From Octopus sinensis (taxonomy: Eukaryota): DNA of 64,000 nt. Positions 39,697 to 51,714 of the stretch are shown piece by piece. Where the stretch lies: assembly GCF_006345805.1 (NCBI RefSeq), contig NC_042997.1, positions 197,346,001 to 197,410,000 on the forward strand, given 5' to 3'. The first letter of the stretch is position 1. Each line of letters begins with the position of its first letter. Under the pieces are notes generated by a model. The model ran no database searches and was not told where the DNA came from. It was given only the letters and a program-made list of their open reading frames with translations. A program made the position numbers and the translations under genes.

Positions 39697-42600
39697 GGAA
39701 ATGAAGAAAATGCTGACAAAATGATTTAAGTAAGGGAGAGTGTATTTAATTAGGTGAAAGTTCTTTTTACCGGTTGCGCATTTGTTATGCTTATCAAAAG
39801 ATATTTTTTTAAGAGAGATAGAGTTCCTTTCTGATAGATATTTTTCTCTTATCTGACTTTATGTTGGGTTTGCTGTCTCTTATATGTGAAAAAAGAGGCT
39901 CCAGAGTTGTTTAAATTTGCTTGGTTTCGCACCTAAAATTTCTTGTGGACAATGGTCAATACAATTTTGATTGGTCATTATAAAGGGGTCAAGTGAATGT
40001 TTGAATGGAAGTTGGTGTTGGGGTAAGAAAATAGGCTCCAGAGATGTTAAAATTTGGCTAGTGTTGCGCCTAAAATTTCTTATTGGTCATAATAAAGAGG
40101 TCACGTGGATGTGGTCATAATAGAGCAGTCATGTGAATGTTTAGAATGTATGTTGGTGTGGGTGGTGTATGGAGTTTTCGAAAATAGCTTTGTTGAAAAT
40201 TCTTATTGTTCAGGCTGGTCAGTAGACGTCATGTGGATATTTTAAATAGCTTTTTAGTGCATAGTTAAGGAGTATATTTTGCTTGACTGAATTTGAGCTG
40301 GATAAGTAAGTTCGTTTAGGACAGGAAGAGCTATATGTATGTTTGTGTGCGCGTGTGTGTGTGTTTATATGTATGTACCTTCTTGCCCCACGTCCATAAG
40401 GAGGAACAAGAACCCTGGAAACCCTCACCACCAGAATTACATTAACGAATTTCCCCCTTCAAGGAGACACTATACACAACAACTCAACAACTACTGGAAT
40501 ACCTTATTAACAAATAAAATAGGATTCCACTACCAGGATAGACACAACAACATCCACACCAAGAGGGGACAACAAGGTAATTTTCACTTTCTCAACTCTC
40601 ACAATACACAACAAGCCCATACCACTCGATACAAGCACCCACGTAGGCCACTCATATCACCACAATCCATCACGACACAAAGAAACACACACCAACACCC
40701 GCAATACAGGAACACCCCATTCTATCCACAACCACGAACCCGAACCATATTTCACAACAAGGAATATAACAAACACACAGGACCTCTTAACACCAACAGA
40801 CAACCCCTCTACCCCAACCATTTTTTAGACACAGCACACAGATACAGGCAAACAAAATAACACAGGACAGGGAAGAGAAACAGAAACTAATTAAAGTCAT
40901 CAATTTAACCAATACAGAACCCAACCCCAACCTTCTCAACTTACTCTCCAAAGGTCTTAAATTGACACACACACCCCACGTCCAAACTACTACGAAATGA
41001 AGGAAGACATTACAGAATTTTGTAGAAAATTGCGACTTAGTGAGGAACTATTCGACAAGCACAATGAGGATGAGTCACTAGCTAGAAATAAAAGCAACTA
41101 CACCCCACCAAAAGGTAGAAATAAAATCCTAGACGAATTCTGTGAGCACATTACAAACTTCCCCTACCAACGCTTACACAAACCAAAACCCAAACCAAAC
41201 CTCAACAAGAAAGAGTGGGAAGAATTAAACAAATTAAAAAATGAAAGATCTATCACCATTAAAGAGGCCGATAAAGGAAGTGCAGTAGTCTTAATGGAGA
41301 CAGAATATTATATCAACTTAGCACTCTCCACCTTGGAAAATGGAACATATTACGAAAAGGCTGAAGACTACAATCAACAGAAAATTATGAGAAACTTAAA
41401 AACCCTGATCAACCCCCACAAAGAAGAACTCACTAACAAAGAATTCAACTTCATCACAAATTTCACTAGTAAAACCAGCCTCTTCTACGGTATTCCCAAA
41501 ATTCATAAAAGCGAATTAATAAGTAAGGCATGCAAGGAAGCCACAAACTCTGTAATCAATGTCCCCTCACCAAATGACCTCAAATTGAGACCTATAATAG
41601 CAGGTCCCGCTTGCAAAACCCACCGCCTTAGCAACTTCATTGATACCCTTCTCAAGCCTTTCCTCAAACACATTAAAAGCTACATAAGGGACGATCTAGA
41701 TATGCTCAACCACCTCCCCAATACACTTCTTGCTGAACAAACCCTGCTAGTAACATTCGATGTAGTTAATCTTTACTCCAACATCCCCCACAACCTAGGA
41801 ATAGAAGCTATCCAATTCTGGCTGGATAATTACTCCAACGAACTCCCACACCGCATCAAAAAGGAATTTATTTTAGAAGGACTCAAATTCATCTTAGAGA
41901 ATAATTTCTTCACCTTCAACAACAAATTCTACAGACAGAAATCAGGGACGGCAATGGGAACGAAAACAGCTCCCACTTACGCCAACCTAGTCATGGGATA
42001 CCTGGAAATCACCCTCTATAATAACGTTCTTAACAAATTTGGCACCACTCTCCACACACACATAGAGAAGAACTGGAAGAGATATCTTGATGACTGCTTC
42101 ATCCTTTGGCCCGAAACTATCGAGAAGCTTAAAGAATTTCACACCCTTATAAATGGGCTCAACACAAACATTATTTTCACAATGGAATACAGCCTTCAAC
42201 AATTCCCTTCCTCGACATCCTCATTAAAATTCACAACAAAAAAATAGAAAGACATATACTACAAGCCCACAGACTCCAAGCAATACCTCCCTTTCAATTC
42301 ATACCACCCTAGACACGTTAAAATTAACATTCCCTACAACTTAGCCAAGAGAATTTGCACTATAGTCTCCAATAAAAACACCCGTCTCTTACGTCTACAA
42401 GAACTTAAGGACACATTAACAAGCAGGGATTACCCCACGTCACTAATTGACAATGGGATCCAACGCGCCCTAAAACTCAGCACACAGGAACTTAGACGCC
42501 CTAAACCTGTTACATCAAAACCTCATACTCTACCATACATCTCTACACACAACCCCCTCAACAATGAAGCTTTTGACACCATCCTCCAGAACATTCCTGT

Positions 42601-44113
42601 ATTAAAAAAGGACCATAGAATGAACCAAATCCTCCTAACACACGAAATCATAAAGAGCAAAAGGCAACCCAAATCATTGAAAACCATCCTAACAAATGCC
42701 AAAGTACTGCCAACTACAACAACTAAACCCACAGTAAACAAATGCAATAGACCCAACTGTGGTATATGCATCAACCTAATAGAAGGTCCGGAATTCCTTT
42801 TTAAACAAGGACAACATTTCACAGTAAAACACAACTTCACATGCGCATCAGAAAACCTAGTATATGTCTTAACTTGCTCGGGCTGTAATGAACACTACAT
42901 AGGCCAAACTAAAAATAGCCTCCGCCAACGCATGACTGTCCACAGATCCCAAATAAAAATACAGGAATACAGAAAAATAGCACTTAGTGCACATATTGAT
43001 ACCTGTGCCGCACAACTTCATCCCAATTTTAGAATCTTTCCCCTCTACAAATTTAAAGACAATGCCACTCATACCCAGCGAATAACCATGGAATCCCACC
43101 TTATTGATAAATACAGACCACTTCTAAACACATCCCCCTAACACGAACCCACAACAAACACACTTACACCTGCACACACCCTACACACACTTTTACCCAG
43201 ATATTAACACCATGACACACGCAAATATATGGTTCCACACATACACATAATTTGATACGGGTGCAAAACATCCAACACTATTTTTTGGAAATGACTGTAA
43301 ATATTGACTTCACACAAACACGTTGCTTCCCGATACAGGCACAAGGCCAGCAAAACTATAAATATTGAAAATTGTACCCACACACGCACACATATATACA
43401 CACGCGCGCGCGCCCCAACATACATATAAACACACACACACGCGCACACAAACATACATATAGCTCTTCCTGTCCTAAACGAACTTACTTATCCAGCTCA
43501 AATTCAGTCAAGCGGAAAATACACTCCTTAACTATGCACTAAAAAGCTATTTAAAATATCCACATGACGTCTACTGACCAGCCTGAACAATAAGAATTTT
43601 CAACAAAGCTATTTTCGAAAACTCCATACACCACCCACACCAACATACATTCTAAACATTCACATGACTGCTCTATTATGACCACATCCACGTGACCTCT
43701 TTATTATGACCAATAAGAAATTTTAGGCGCAACACTAGCCAAATTTTAACATCTCTGGAGCCTATTTTCTTACCCCAACACCAACTTCCATTCAAACATT
43801 CACGTGACCCCTTTATAATGACCAATCAAAATTGTATTGACCATTGTCTACAAGAAATTTTAGGCGCGAAACCAAGCAAATCTTAAACAACTCTGGAGCC
43901 TTTTTTTTCACATATAAGAGACAGCAAACCCAACATAAAGTCAGATAAGAGAAAAATATCTATCAGAAAGGAACTCTATCTCTCTTAAAAAAATATCTTT
44001 TGATAAGCATAACAAATGCGCAACCGGTAAAAAGAACTTTCACCTAATTAAATACATTCTCCCTTACTTAAATCATTTTGTCAGCATTTTCTTCATTTCC
44101 TTTTTTTATATAT
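39686..44113 (+). mobile_element. Penelope-like retroelement (Neptune-type), 5'-truncated, with ~695-bp inverted terminal repeats
   Basis: RT and GIY-YIG coding region between near-identical inverted copies 39686-40376 and 43418-44113; both outer ends in (TA)n. Confidence 0.92.
40884..43141 (+). pseudogene. PLE ORF: reverse transcriptase + thumb + Cys linker + GIY-YIG endonuclease, with a few small indels
   Basis: VINLT..LLSKGLK N-terminal motif; GTAMGTKTAPTYANLVMGYLE; WKRYLDDCFILW; DIYYKPTDSKQYL; CNRPNCGIC; VYVLTCSGC..HYIGQT..LRQRM..H. Frameshift near 40970 and compensating -1/-2 deletions at ~42205-42250 that leave a single TAG at 42245. Confidence 0.92.
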
Positions 44114-44144
44114 CACAACTCGTGTTCCACATCTCCTTTTTTAA

Positions 44145-44182
<38 letters not shown>

Positions 44183-44490
44183 TTCATTTTTGGATTTGGT
44201 TTGCAAGATTCTTTATATGAGTTCGAGTGTTGAAGCATATTCTGTTGTGTCTGGGGAGAGTCATTTTCTTTTTGTGACTTATATTGTAACACACTTACTG
44301 GTAAAATTTCCACTTTTTTCTTATTTTTATTTTCCTAAAATTTTCGTTGCGTCTACTGAAAAGGTTGCAAGACGCAAAGAAAATTTTAGGAAAATAAAAA
44401 TAAGAAAAAAAGTGGAAATTTTACCGGTGAGTGTGTTACATTATAAGGCACAAAAAGAAAATGACTCCCCAGACACAACAGTATATATAT
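44114..44490. mobile_element. Fold-back non-coding element abutting the PLE right end
   Basis: Imperfect inverted arms 44242-44353 and 44371-44481; TA runs at both ends. Confidence 0.75.
44353..44390 (+). ncRNA. Degenerate hammerhead-like motif at the apex of a fold-back
   Basis: CTA/TAG stem I; CTGAAAAG core; GTTGC-aagac-GCAA(A) stem II (the inverted arm reads GCAAC); GAAA-ATTT. Confidence 0.35.
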
Positions 44491-44600
44491 AGTATTAAAC
44501 TGAAGAATTTCTCAACATTTTTAGTAGAGAATATGAAGGAATTGAAGTTTTAGCCGGTGGAAACTATGAAGTCACAATTACTCCTCATGTAAAAGCTTAC

Positions 44601-44644
44601 TAAAGGTATTACATAATTCTTCAGTTTAATGTGAAGTTGGCTTT
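44601..44644 (-). CDS. Candidate exon (E)SQLHIKLKNYVIPL
   Basis: Acceptor ending ttatatAG, donor GTAAGC, 44 nt. Phase 1 start fits exon 54391-54461. Confidence 0.5.
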
Positions 44645-45618
44645 CTATATAACTTGACACAAAAACAAACAGTGTGTATGTAGTGTTTAATGTACACAAC
44701 ATAGTTATGAGCTACTAATAGTCTCATTTATTGCACATGTTATCTAGACAGGTTTTAAAACATGCCTCAAGTAATCTTCATGCTTAGAGACACTAAGCAT
44801 GTTTTAAAACCTGTCTAGATAATATCTTCAATGTGTGACAGTATTAGTAGATCATAATTAAATACTGTGTACTTCGAACAATATTTATCTCTCACCACAT
44901 GGAGTACTTTTTTTTTTTATCAAAAGTAAAGTAAACTACATACATATATATATATATATATGCATTAACTAAAACACGCTTCAGAATACAACATAAATAT
45001 GTAAAGAAACAACAACAAGAGGGTGTTAGACTTGTTTATTATTATGTACATGAAATAGCTGGTATTCTCAGGTGGGTGTCAAGACATATTTGGTGGAAGA
45101 GGAGAAGCTTGCGGATACAGTTAGAGCTTGTCTAAGCTTCATTGCAACTGTAGGTGTATCCAATAAATAATGTGTACAGAAAATGAACGAAACTTGACAC
45201 TTGTTTTTCAGAAAGTTGATAGCTTTAAGAGAATTCACAGATGTTGAAACTTAAAACATATTATGGCACAAACAAACACCTAACTTGCAGCAAACATTTA
45301 AAAAGAGATAACAGAGCAGTCACAGTAGTAAATGTCTGTTTTCTCAAACAACAATTTTATCATTATATAACATTCAAAAGAAAAGAATATTCAGAATGTA
45401 ATATTCTTCTATTTGTTTCAGTCATTTGACTGCAACCATGCTGGAGCACTGCCTTTAATCGAACAAACTGACCTTAGGACTTATTCTTGGTAAGCCTAGT
45501 ACTTATTTGAATCAGTCTCTTTTGCCGAACTGCTAAGTTAAGGGGACGTAAACACACCAGAATCGGTTGTCAAGCAATGGTGGGGCGTAGAAACACAGAT
45601 ACAAACATATATGTATAC

Positions 45619-45673
<55 letters not shown>

Positions 45674-46339
45674 ACATACACATGTGTGTGTTTATATATA
45701 TACACACACACACATATACGACGGGCTTCTTTCAGTCTCCATCTACTAAATCCACTCACAAGGCTTTGGTCGACCTGAGGATATAGCAGAAAACACTGGC
45801 CCAAGGTGCCACGCAGTGGGACTAAACCCAGAAGCATGTGGGTGGTAAGCAAGCTACTTACCACACAGCCACTCCTGCATTTTTTTCCTCTTTTTTTTTT
45901 GTAATAAATTTCAATAATAATTCTTAATAAACTGAACATACATAAAACATACAGCATTTAATTTTAATAGTGACTGTTTTCTTCAAACTTTTGCCACTAA
46001 AGGTGGCTTCTCCAGTTTTAGCACCAAATCTTTCAAGTAAACCATCACTATTAATAACGATTTCAAATTTTGGCACAAGGCCAGCAATTTCAGGGGAGCG
46101 AGAGTAAGTGAATTATATTGACCCAAGTGCTCAATTGGTACTTATTTTATCGACCCCAAAAAGGACGAAAGGCACAATCGACCTCATTAGAATTTGAACT
46201 CAGAGCCTCACAGCAGACAAAATGCCATTGAGCATCTTGCCTGCCATTCTAACAATTCTTCCAGCTTGCAGCTTTTTACCTTCTGTGTCTTACAGGTTTC
46301 AGCCAAAGGCTGGGGCCATGCTGCAGCACTACTTGTCAA

Positions 46340-46870
46340 TGTGTTTGGGTTTCCTTTCTGTATTGTTTTTTGGTGAAGTAGCGAGTTTTGTCGCTCCTGC
46401 TGCTACATGGCTTCATCTGGGATTTCAGATAAGAATTTGTCCAGGCGCTCTTTCAAGACCTCCACATCAGCACCTTGCAAATTTCTGAGGTTGTTTGGCA
46501 GAACGTTGAATAGTTGTAGATAGACCAGTGGTTCCCAAACGTTTTCAGGCTGCCGTCCCCTTGGTTCTAAGGCCACATTCCTAGTGCCCCCTTCCACTCA
46601 CCATCACAGACATAGACCATTTTCTGCATCAAGTTCAAAACAACAGTATTTCACAAATAAAACTCAACCTAAATAACCCTTTATTTATTTTTTTGTTTTT
46701 GTTTTTTTACATCCATTGCCTTATTTTGATCACCTCATTATCACCCCATTTTTCTTCAAAGTCCCCCACCCCACCCCACCTGGATCATTCCACTACTCCC
46801 AGGGCGGTAGTACCGCTCACTTTGGGAACCACTGTTGTAGACCCTAGAAACCCAAGCTATTACAGTACTG
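46340..46870 (-). mobile_element. CR1/L2-like LINE 3' fragment interrupted by a hAT MITE
   Basis: LQLFNVLPNNLRNLQGADVEVLKERLDKFLSEIPDE matches the usual CR1-type ORF2 C-terminus. Confidence 0.7.
46526..46834. mobile_element. hAT MITE
   Basis: TIR CAGTGGTTCCCAAA / TTTGGGAACCACTG; right flank TTGTAGAC, left flank TTGTAGA(TAGA)C (TSD plus a 4-bp slip). Confidence 0.85.
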
Positions 46871-47762
46871 GGTCCTTATTCAAGACAGAGAAGCCCTTAG
46901 CCACTATTAATATTAAATGCTATTTCAACTCCACAGACAGTATTTGAGTCATTCAATCAATGAATGATCAGTGTGTCAACTACATAAAGCTATTAAATGA
47001 AGCACTAATATATAACACACACACACAGAGAAAATGGTTACTTTGACTAGTTAATATAGAATCACTAGAAATAGCATTGTGAATGTGCATGGCTCAGTGG
47101 TTAAAGCATCAAGCTTATGACCGTGAGGTTGTGAGTTCGATTCCCGGACCAGGCTGTGTGTTGTGTTCTTGAGCAAGACACTTTATTTCACATTGCTCCA
47201 GTTTACTCAGCTGTAGAAAAGAGTTGCAACATCACTGGCGCCAAGTTGTATCGGCCCCTTTGCCTTTCACTTGGATAATATCGGTGCCATGGAAAGGGGA
47301 GGCTGCCATGCATGGGCGACTGCTGGTTTTCCATAAAAACAACGCTTGGTTGTGCATTCGCTGGTAAGGCAACTTTCTGCCCAGACTTGTACCCCAGAGG
47401 GGAACCTCTTAGGTATACCCTAGGTCATTCGTGACCGACGGAGTCGAGAGAAGAGAGATACAGCATTGACTCTTTGTATTTAGTTATTCAGTAATTAACA
47501 CCAAATGAAAAAAAAAAATTCTTCTTTCCAACAAGAATATGCTACATTTGTCTTTTAATTAAACTCATAATAAACGACACATGTTTCACCTACTGAAGTC
47601 TAATTTTCTCTTCCATATAATAACAAGACTGCAGATGATGATTTGAATTTCTGTTTGAACAATTCTATAGAAGTGGTTATGTGTAGGTTGGAATAAATAA
47701 ATGACGGTCACAGAGAACTAATAAGCATTTAGTCCAGGGTTGCAGTAGACGGGTTGCACTTA

Positions 47763-47797
<35 letters not shown>

Positions 47798-48270
47798 AAC
47801 CAGCTGTTACCATGTGCTCTGCATGTGACCAAGGAGAAAATGTTAAAAGCTTGTTTGGTCCTGACTGCCTCGCTAGCCACAAACTAGTCGATCATAGCAA
47901 TAGCACAAAGCTGTTGTTTCTAGGTTTGTTTGCTTTTCATCTTTTACTTGGTTCAGTCATTAGACTGCAGGCCTTGCTGGAGCACCGTCGTAAAGAATTT
48001 CAGTCAAACGAATCGATGCCAGTATTTATTTTGTTTACACTTGGTACTTATTTTATCGATCTCTTTTGCTGAATGACTAAGTAACAGCAACATAAATGTA
48101 CCAACAACAGTTGTCAAGCAATTGTGAGGGTCAAACACAGACACAAAAAGACACATATATGTATATATACAATGGGCTTCTTTCAGTTTCCATCTACCAA
48201 ATCCACTCACAAGGCTTTCGTTGGGACGGAGCTATAGTTGAAGACACTTAACTAAGGTATCATACAGTGA

Positions 48271-48945
48271 GACTGAACCTGGAATCATGTGGCTCAATCC
48301 AGAACCATGTGACTGAACCCACAATCATGAGGCTGAACCCAATCATGAGGCTGAACCCAGAACCAAGTGGCTGAACCCACAATCATGAGGCTGAACCCAG
48401 AACCATGTGACTGAACCCACAATCATGAGACTGAACCCAGAACCATGTGACTGAATCCACAATCATGTGGCTGAACCCAGAACCATGTGGGTGAACCTAG
48501 AACCATGTGACTGAACCCACAATCATGAGGCTGAACCCAGAACCATGTGACTGAACCCACAATCATGTGGCTGAACCCAGAACCATGTGACTGAACCCAC
48601 AATCATGTGGCTGAACCCAGAACCATGTGCTGAACCCAGAACCATGTGGCTGAACCTAGAACCATGTGACTGAACCCAGAACCATGTGACTGAACCCAGA
48701 ACCATGTGGCTGAACTCAGAACCATGTAGCTGAACCCAGAACCATGTGGCTGAACCCAGAACCATGTGACTGAACCCAGAACCATGTGGCTGAACCCAGA
48801 ACCATGTGGCTGAACCTAGAACCATGTGACTGAACCCAGAACCATGTGACTGAACCCAGAACCATGTGGCTGAACTCAGAACCATGTAGCTGAACCCAGA
48901 ACCATGTGGCTGAACCCAGAACCATGTGACTGAACCCGGAACCAT
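48271..48945. repeat. 20-bp minisatellite, ~33 units of GAACCATGTG(G/A)CTGAACCCA
   Basis: Direct tandem units continuous with the head of the adjacent family A SINE. Confidence 0.95.
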
Positions 48946-49124
48946 CATAATTAAGTGATCCCTCTGTATTTTCTTTCACCCAAACCCAAGAACTTTTCAC
49001 CAGCCCCTCGTATGGTTCTTGTTGCTTGGGAAAAGCACCTAAAGGTGTAAAGCTGTGGACCAGTCGTTCATGTGGCATCTATAAGACTGTATATTCCCAT
49101 ATATATATTACCATTTGGACTGTG

Positions 49125-49312
49125 CAGGTGGCATGTAAAAAGCACCCACTACACTCGCGGAGTGGTTGGCATTAGGAAGGGCATCCAGCTGTAGAAACAC
49201 TGCCAGATCAGACTGGAGCCTGGTGCAGCCCCTGGCTTCCCAGACCCCGGTCGAACCGTCCAACCCGTGCTAGCGCGGAAAACGGACGTTAAACGATGAT
49301 GATGATGATGAT
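49125..49312 (+). mobile_element. RTE-tailed repeat family D ending in (GAT)n. Copies: ~14700-14950(-), 19980-20315, 24380-25290, 27120-27280(-), 33585-33940(-), 36210-36470(-), 36900-37055, 37355-37562, 53185-53490(-), 57690-57865, 58757-59560, 60100-60725(-), 62670-62885, 63640-64000
   Basis: Shared GTGGTTGGCATTAGGAAGGGCATCCAGCTGTAGAAAC...CCATGCTAGCATGGAAAACGGACGTTAAACGATGATGATG. Confidence 0.8.
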
Positions 49313-49564
49313 ATATATGGTGCTATACATCAGAATATATAATAGGATGTTGTTTGGAACAACATCTTATCAACAACTGGAATAACAATTGTGCCAATCT
49401 GCATCATCAGCCCGAGTGCTTCTATTGGAAAACAGAAGATTAGCAAACAGGAAAGAGTTGTTGCATTGCCAACAGACAGTTCTACCTTGTACTGCCTTGC
49501 TTACACAGACATGCATATGGATATGTATGAGTGTGTGTTTTACTTGATCTCTCTCTCAGATATG

Positions 49565-49570
49565 TGTGTT

Positions 49571-49620
<50 letters not shown>

Positions 49621-49792
49621 TATATGTGTGTGTGGTGTATATATACATATATACACATACATTCATATACACATATATACATACATATATATATATACAT
49701 ATATATACATACATATACATACATATATATATATACATATATATACATACATATACATACATATATATACATACATATACATACATATATAT

Positions 49793-49823
<31 letters not shown>

Positions 49824-50051
49824 CATACATATATATATATATATACATACATACATATGTATACATACATACATATGTATACATACATACATATATATAA
49901 TTACATATATATACATACATATACATACATACATATACTTACATACATATACATACATACATATACATACATACATATATATAATTACATATATATACAT
50001 ACATATACTTACATACATATATATAATTACATATATATACATACATATACT

Positions 50052-50085
<34 letters not shown>
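49565..50085. repeat. Compound (TA)n/(TACA)n microsatellite
   Basis: Directly visible. Confidence 0.98.
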
Positions 50086-50091
<6 letters not shown>

Positions 50092-50178
50092 TATTAGAGA
50101 CAAAACCACTATTTTGCAAAACAAACAAGGAAAGACTTAATCAATACATAAAATTTTAATAAATAGTCAAAAAAACCA

Positions 50179-50220
50179 CCACTACAATTGTTCTTGTCTT
50201 GATCGACAATCTTCAGGTGG
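50179..50220 (-). ncRNA. Mirror hammerhead copy with GAAA reduced to GAA (probably inactive)
   Basis: Reverse complement reads CCAC CTGAAGA TTGTC GATCAA GACAA GAA C AATT GTA GTGG. Confidence 0.6.
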
Positions 50221-50276
50221 ACTTCCAATTTACAAGTCAGTTTCAATAATTTGAAACTGACTTGTAAATTGGAAGT

Positions 50277-50319
50277 CCACCTGAAGATTGTCGATCAAGA
50301 CAAGAAACAATTGTAGTGG
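50277..50319 (+). ncRNA. Minimal type I hammerhead ribozyme motif
   Basis: Stem I CCAC/GTGG; CTGAAGA (50281-50287); stem II TTGTC-gatcaa-GACAA; GAAA; C-AATT-G-T-A with a palindromic stem III and GUA triplet. Confidence 0.8.
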
Positions 50320-50493
50320 CGGTTTTTTGACTATTTATTAAAATTTTATGTATTGATTAAGTCTTTCCTTGTTTGTTTTGCAAAATAGTGGTTTTGTCTC
50401 TAATAATATTTTATAATATTTTACTATAAAATTGGATTTAATCCTAAATCTGATTTTTTCCCTGTAAATTTGGATTTATTCCCTAATATTTAT

Positions 50494-50528
<35 letters not shown>

Positions 50529-50844
50529 CATACATGCGTTCGCCACCATAACCTCGTTTAGGCTTAGCAGCCCTTCCTGTTTGTTTTCACTGTCCTGCTT
50601 GTGTTACCAATTTTGACCCTTCACAAAATGCTAAATTTTATTTAATTTGCTTTGCGGGAGCAACCGTTTTATTGAAAGTGTATATTGTTGCTAAATGCTC
50701 AAAATACGAAACTAGAAAAACAGCTAACAACTGATGAAGGGTCGTTATTTATGTTGCTTGTTATGTTTTCCATTTGTCTTTCGTTGTTTGAAAGAATAGT
50801 TCATGTTCCATGTACTTGTGCTTCGTATTTTTTTTTTGTTGTAA

Positions 50845-51697
50845 GGCCCAATGTTCGAAGGTCGTGTTTCACCACCTCATCCCAGATCTTCCTGGGTTTA
50901 CATGTTCCCTCAACTGCTAGGGTGTGACACATTTTCACACAGCTGTCCTCATTCATTCGCAACACATGACCATACCAGTGCAGTCGTCTCTCTTGCACAC
51001 CACATCCGATGCTTTGTAAATCCAACTTCTCTCTCAGGGCGCTTACACCCTGTCGTGTATGCATACTGATATTACACATCCAGCGGAGCATACTGGCTTC
51101 ATTCCTTGCCAGCTTACACATGTCCTCAGCAGTCACAGCCCATGTTTCACTGCCATGTAGCATGGCTATTCATACACATGCATCATATATTCTACCTTTT
51201 ACTCTGAACGAGAGGCCCTTTGTCACCAGCAGAGGTAGGAAGTCTCTGAACTTTGCCTAGGCTATTCTTATTCTAGCAGCTACACTTTCAGAGCATCCAC
51301 CCCCACTACTGACTTGGTCCCCTAGGTAACCGAAGCTATCAACTACTTCTAGTTTTTTTCCCTGGAATGTGAAAGAAGCTGTTCTCTGCACATTTTCAGT
51401 GTTTAAAGCACCTGAGCATCTGCCACATACAAAAACTATCTTCCCAATTAGCCTTCTTTTAATATTGCTGCACCTCTTATGTGTCCATAGCTTGCAGCGG
51501 CTACATCTTATGGAATTTCTACCTATGCCTTTTCTACGGATCGAGCAGGGCCATCTACCTGAAGGGATTTGTGGTTTGTCTGCCTTCCTACTTATTAAGA
51601 TTTTGGTTTTAGCTAAGTTGACTCTAAGACCCTTCGATTCTAATCCTTGCTTCCACACCTGAAACTTTTCCTCTAGTTCTGATAAGTGACTCAGCAA
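50845..51697 (-). mobile_element. RTE/RTEX-type LINE fragment with a PHD-like Cys insert in the RT C-terminal region
   Basis: GLRVNLAKTK; CS..RKGIGRNSIRCSRCKLWTHKRCS..FVCGRC; VVDSFGYLGD; MLHGSETWAV; LHWYGHVLRM. Contains stops. Confidence 0.85.
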
Positions 51698-51714
51698 TTA
51701 GAGCAACGTTATCA

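Larger units (their letters stand above)
50082..50500. mobile_element. Fold-back non-coding element (probable PLE terminal repeat remnant) between (TA)n tracts
   Basis: Arms of ~165 bp (50082-50246 and 50251-50415) with a 4-nt loop, differing by one substitution and one indel; the right arm extends ~85 bp further. Confidence 0.85.

Noticed and set aside
40884-43141. Naiad/Chlamys-type or selenoprotein-encoding PLE
   Set aside because: The endonuclease is C-terminal, the only stop is a TAG explained by compensating indels, and there is no in-frame TGA.
48523-49078. Repetitive ORFs (MVLGSATWFWVQ..)
   Set aside because: Translations of the 20-bp SINE-derived array.
50520-50845. CTGATGA at 50731-50737 in another TA-flanked element
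   Set aside because: No stem II followed by GAAA and no matching stem I could be built, so it is not counted as a hammerhead.
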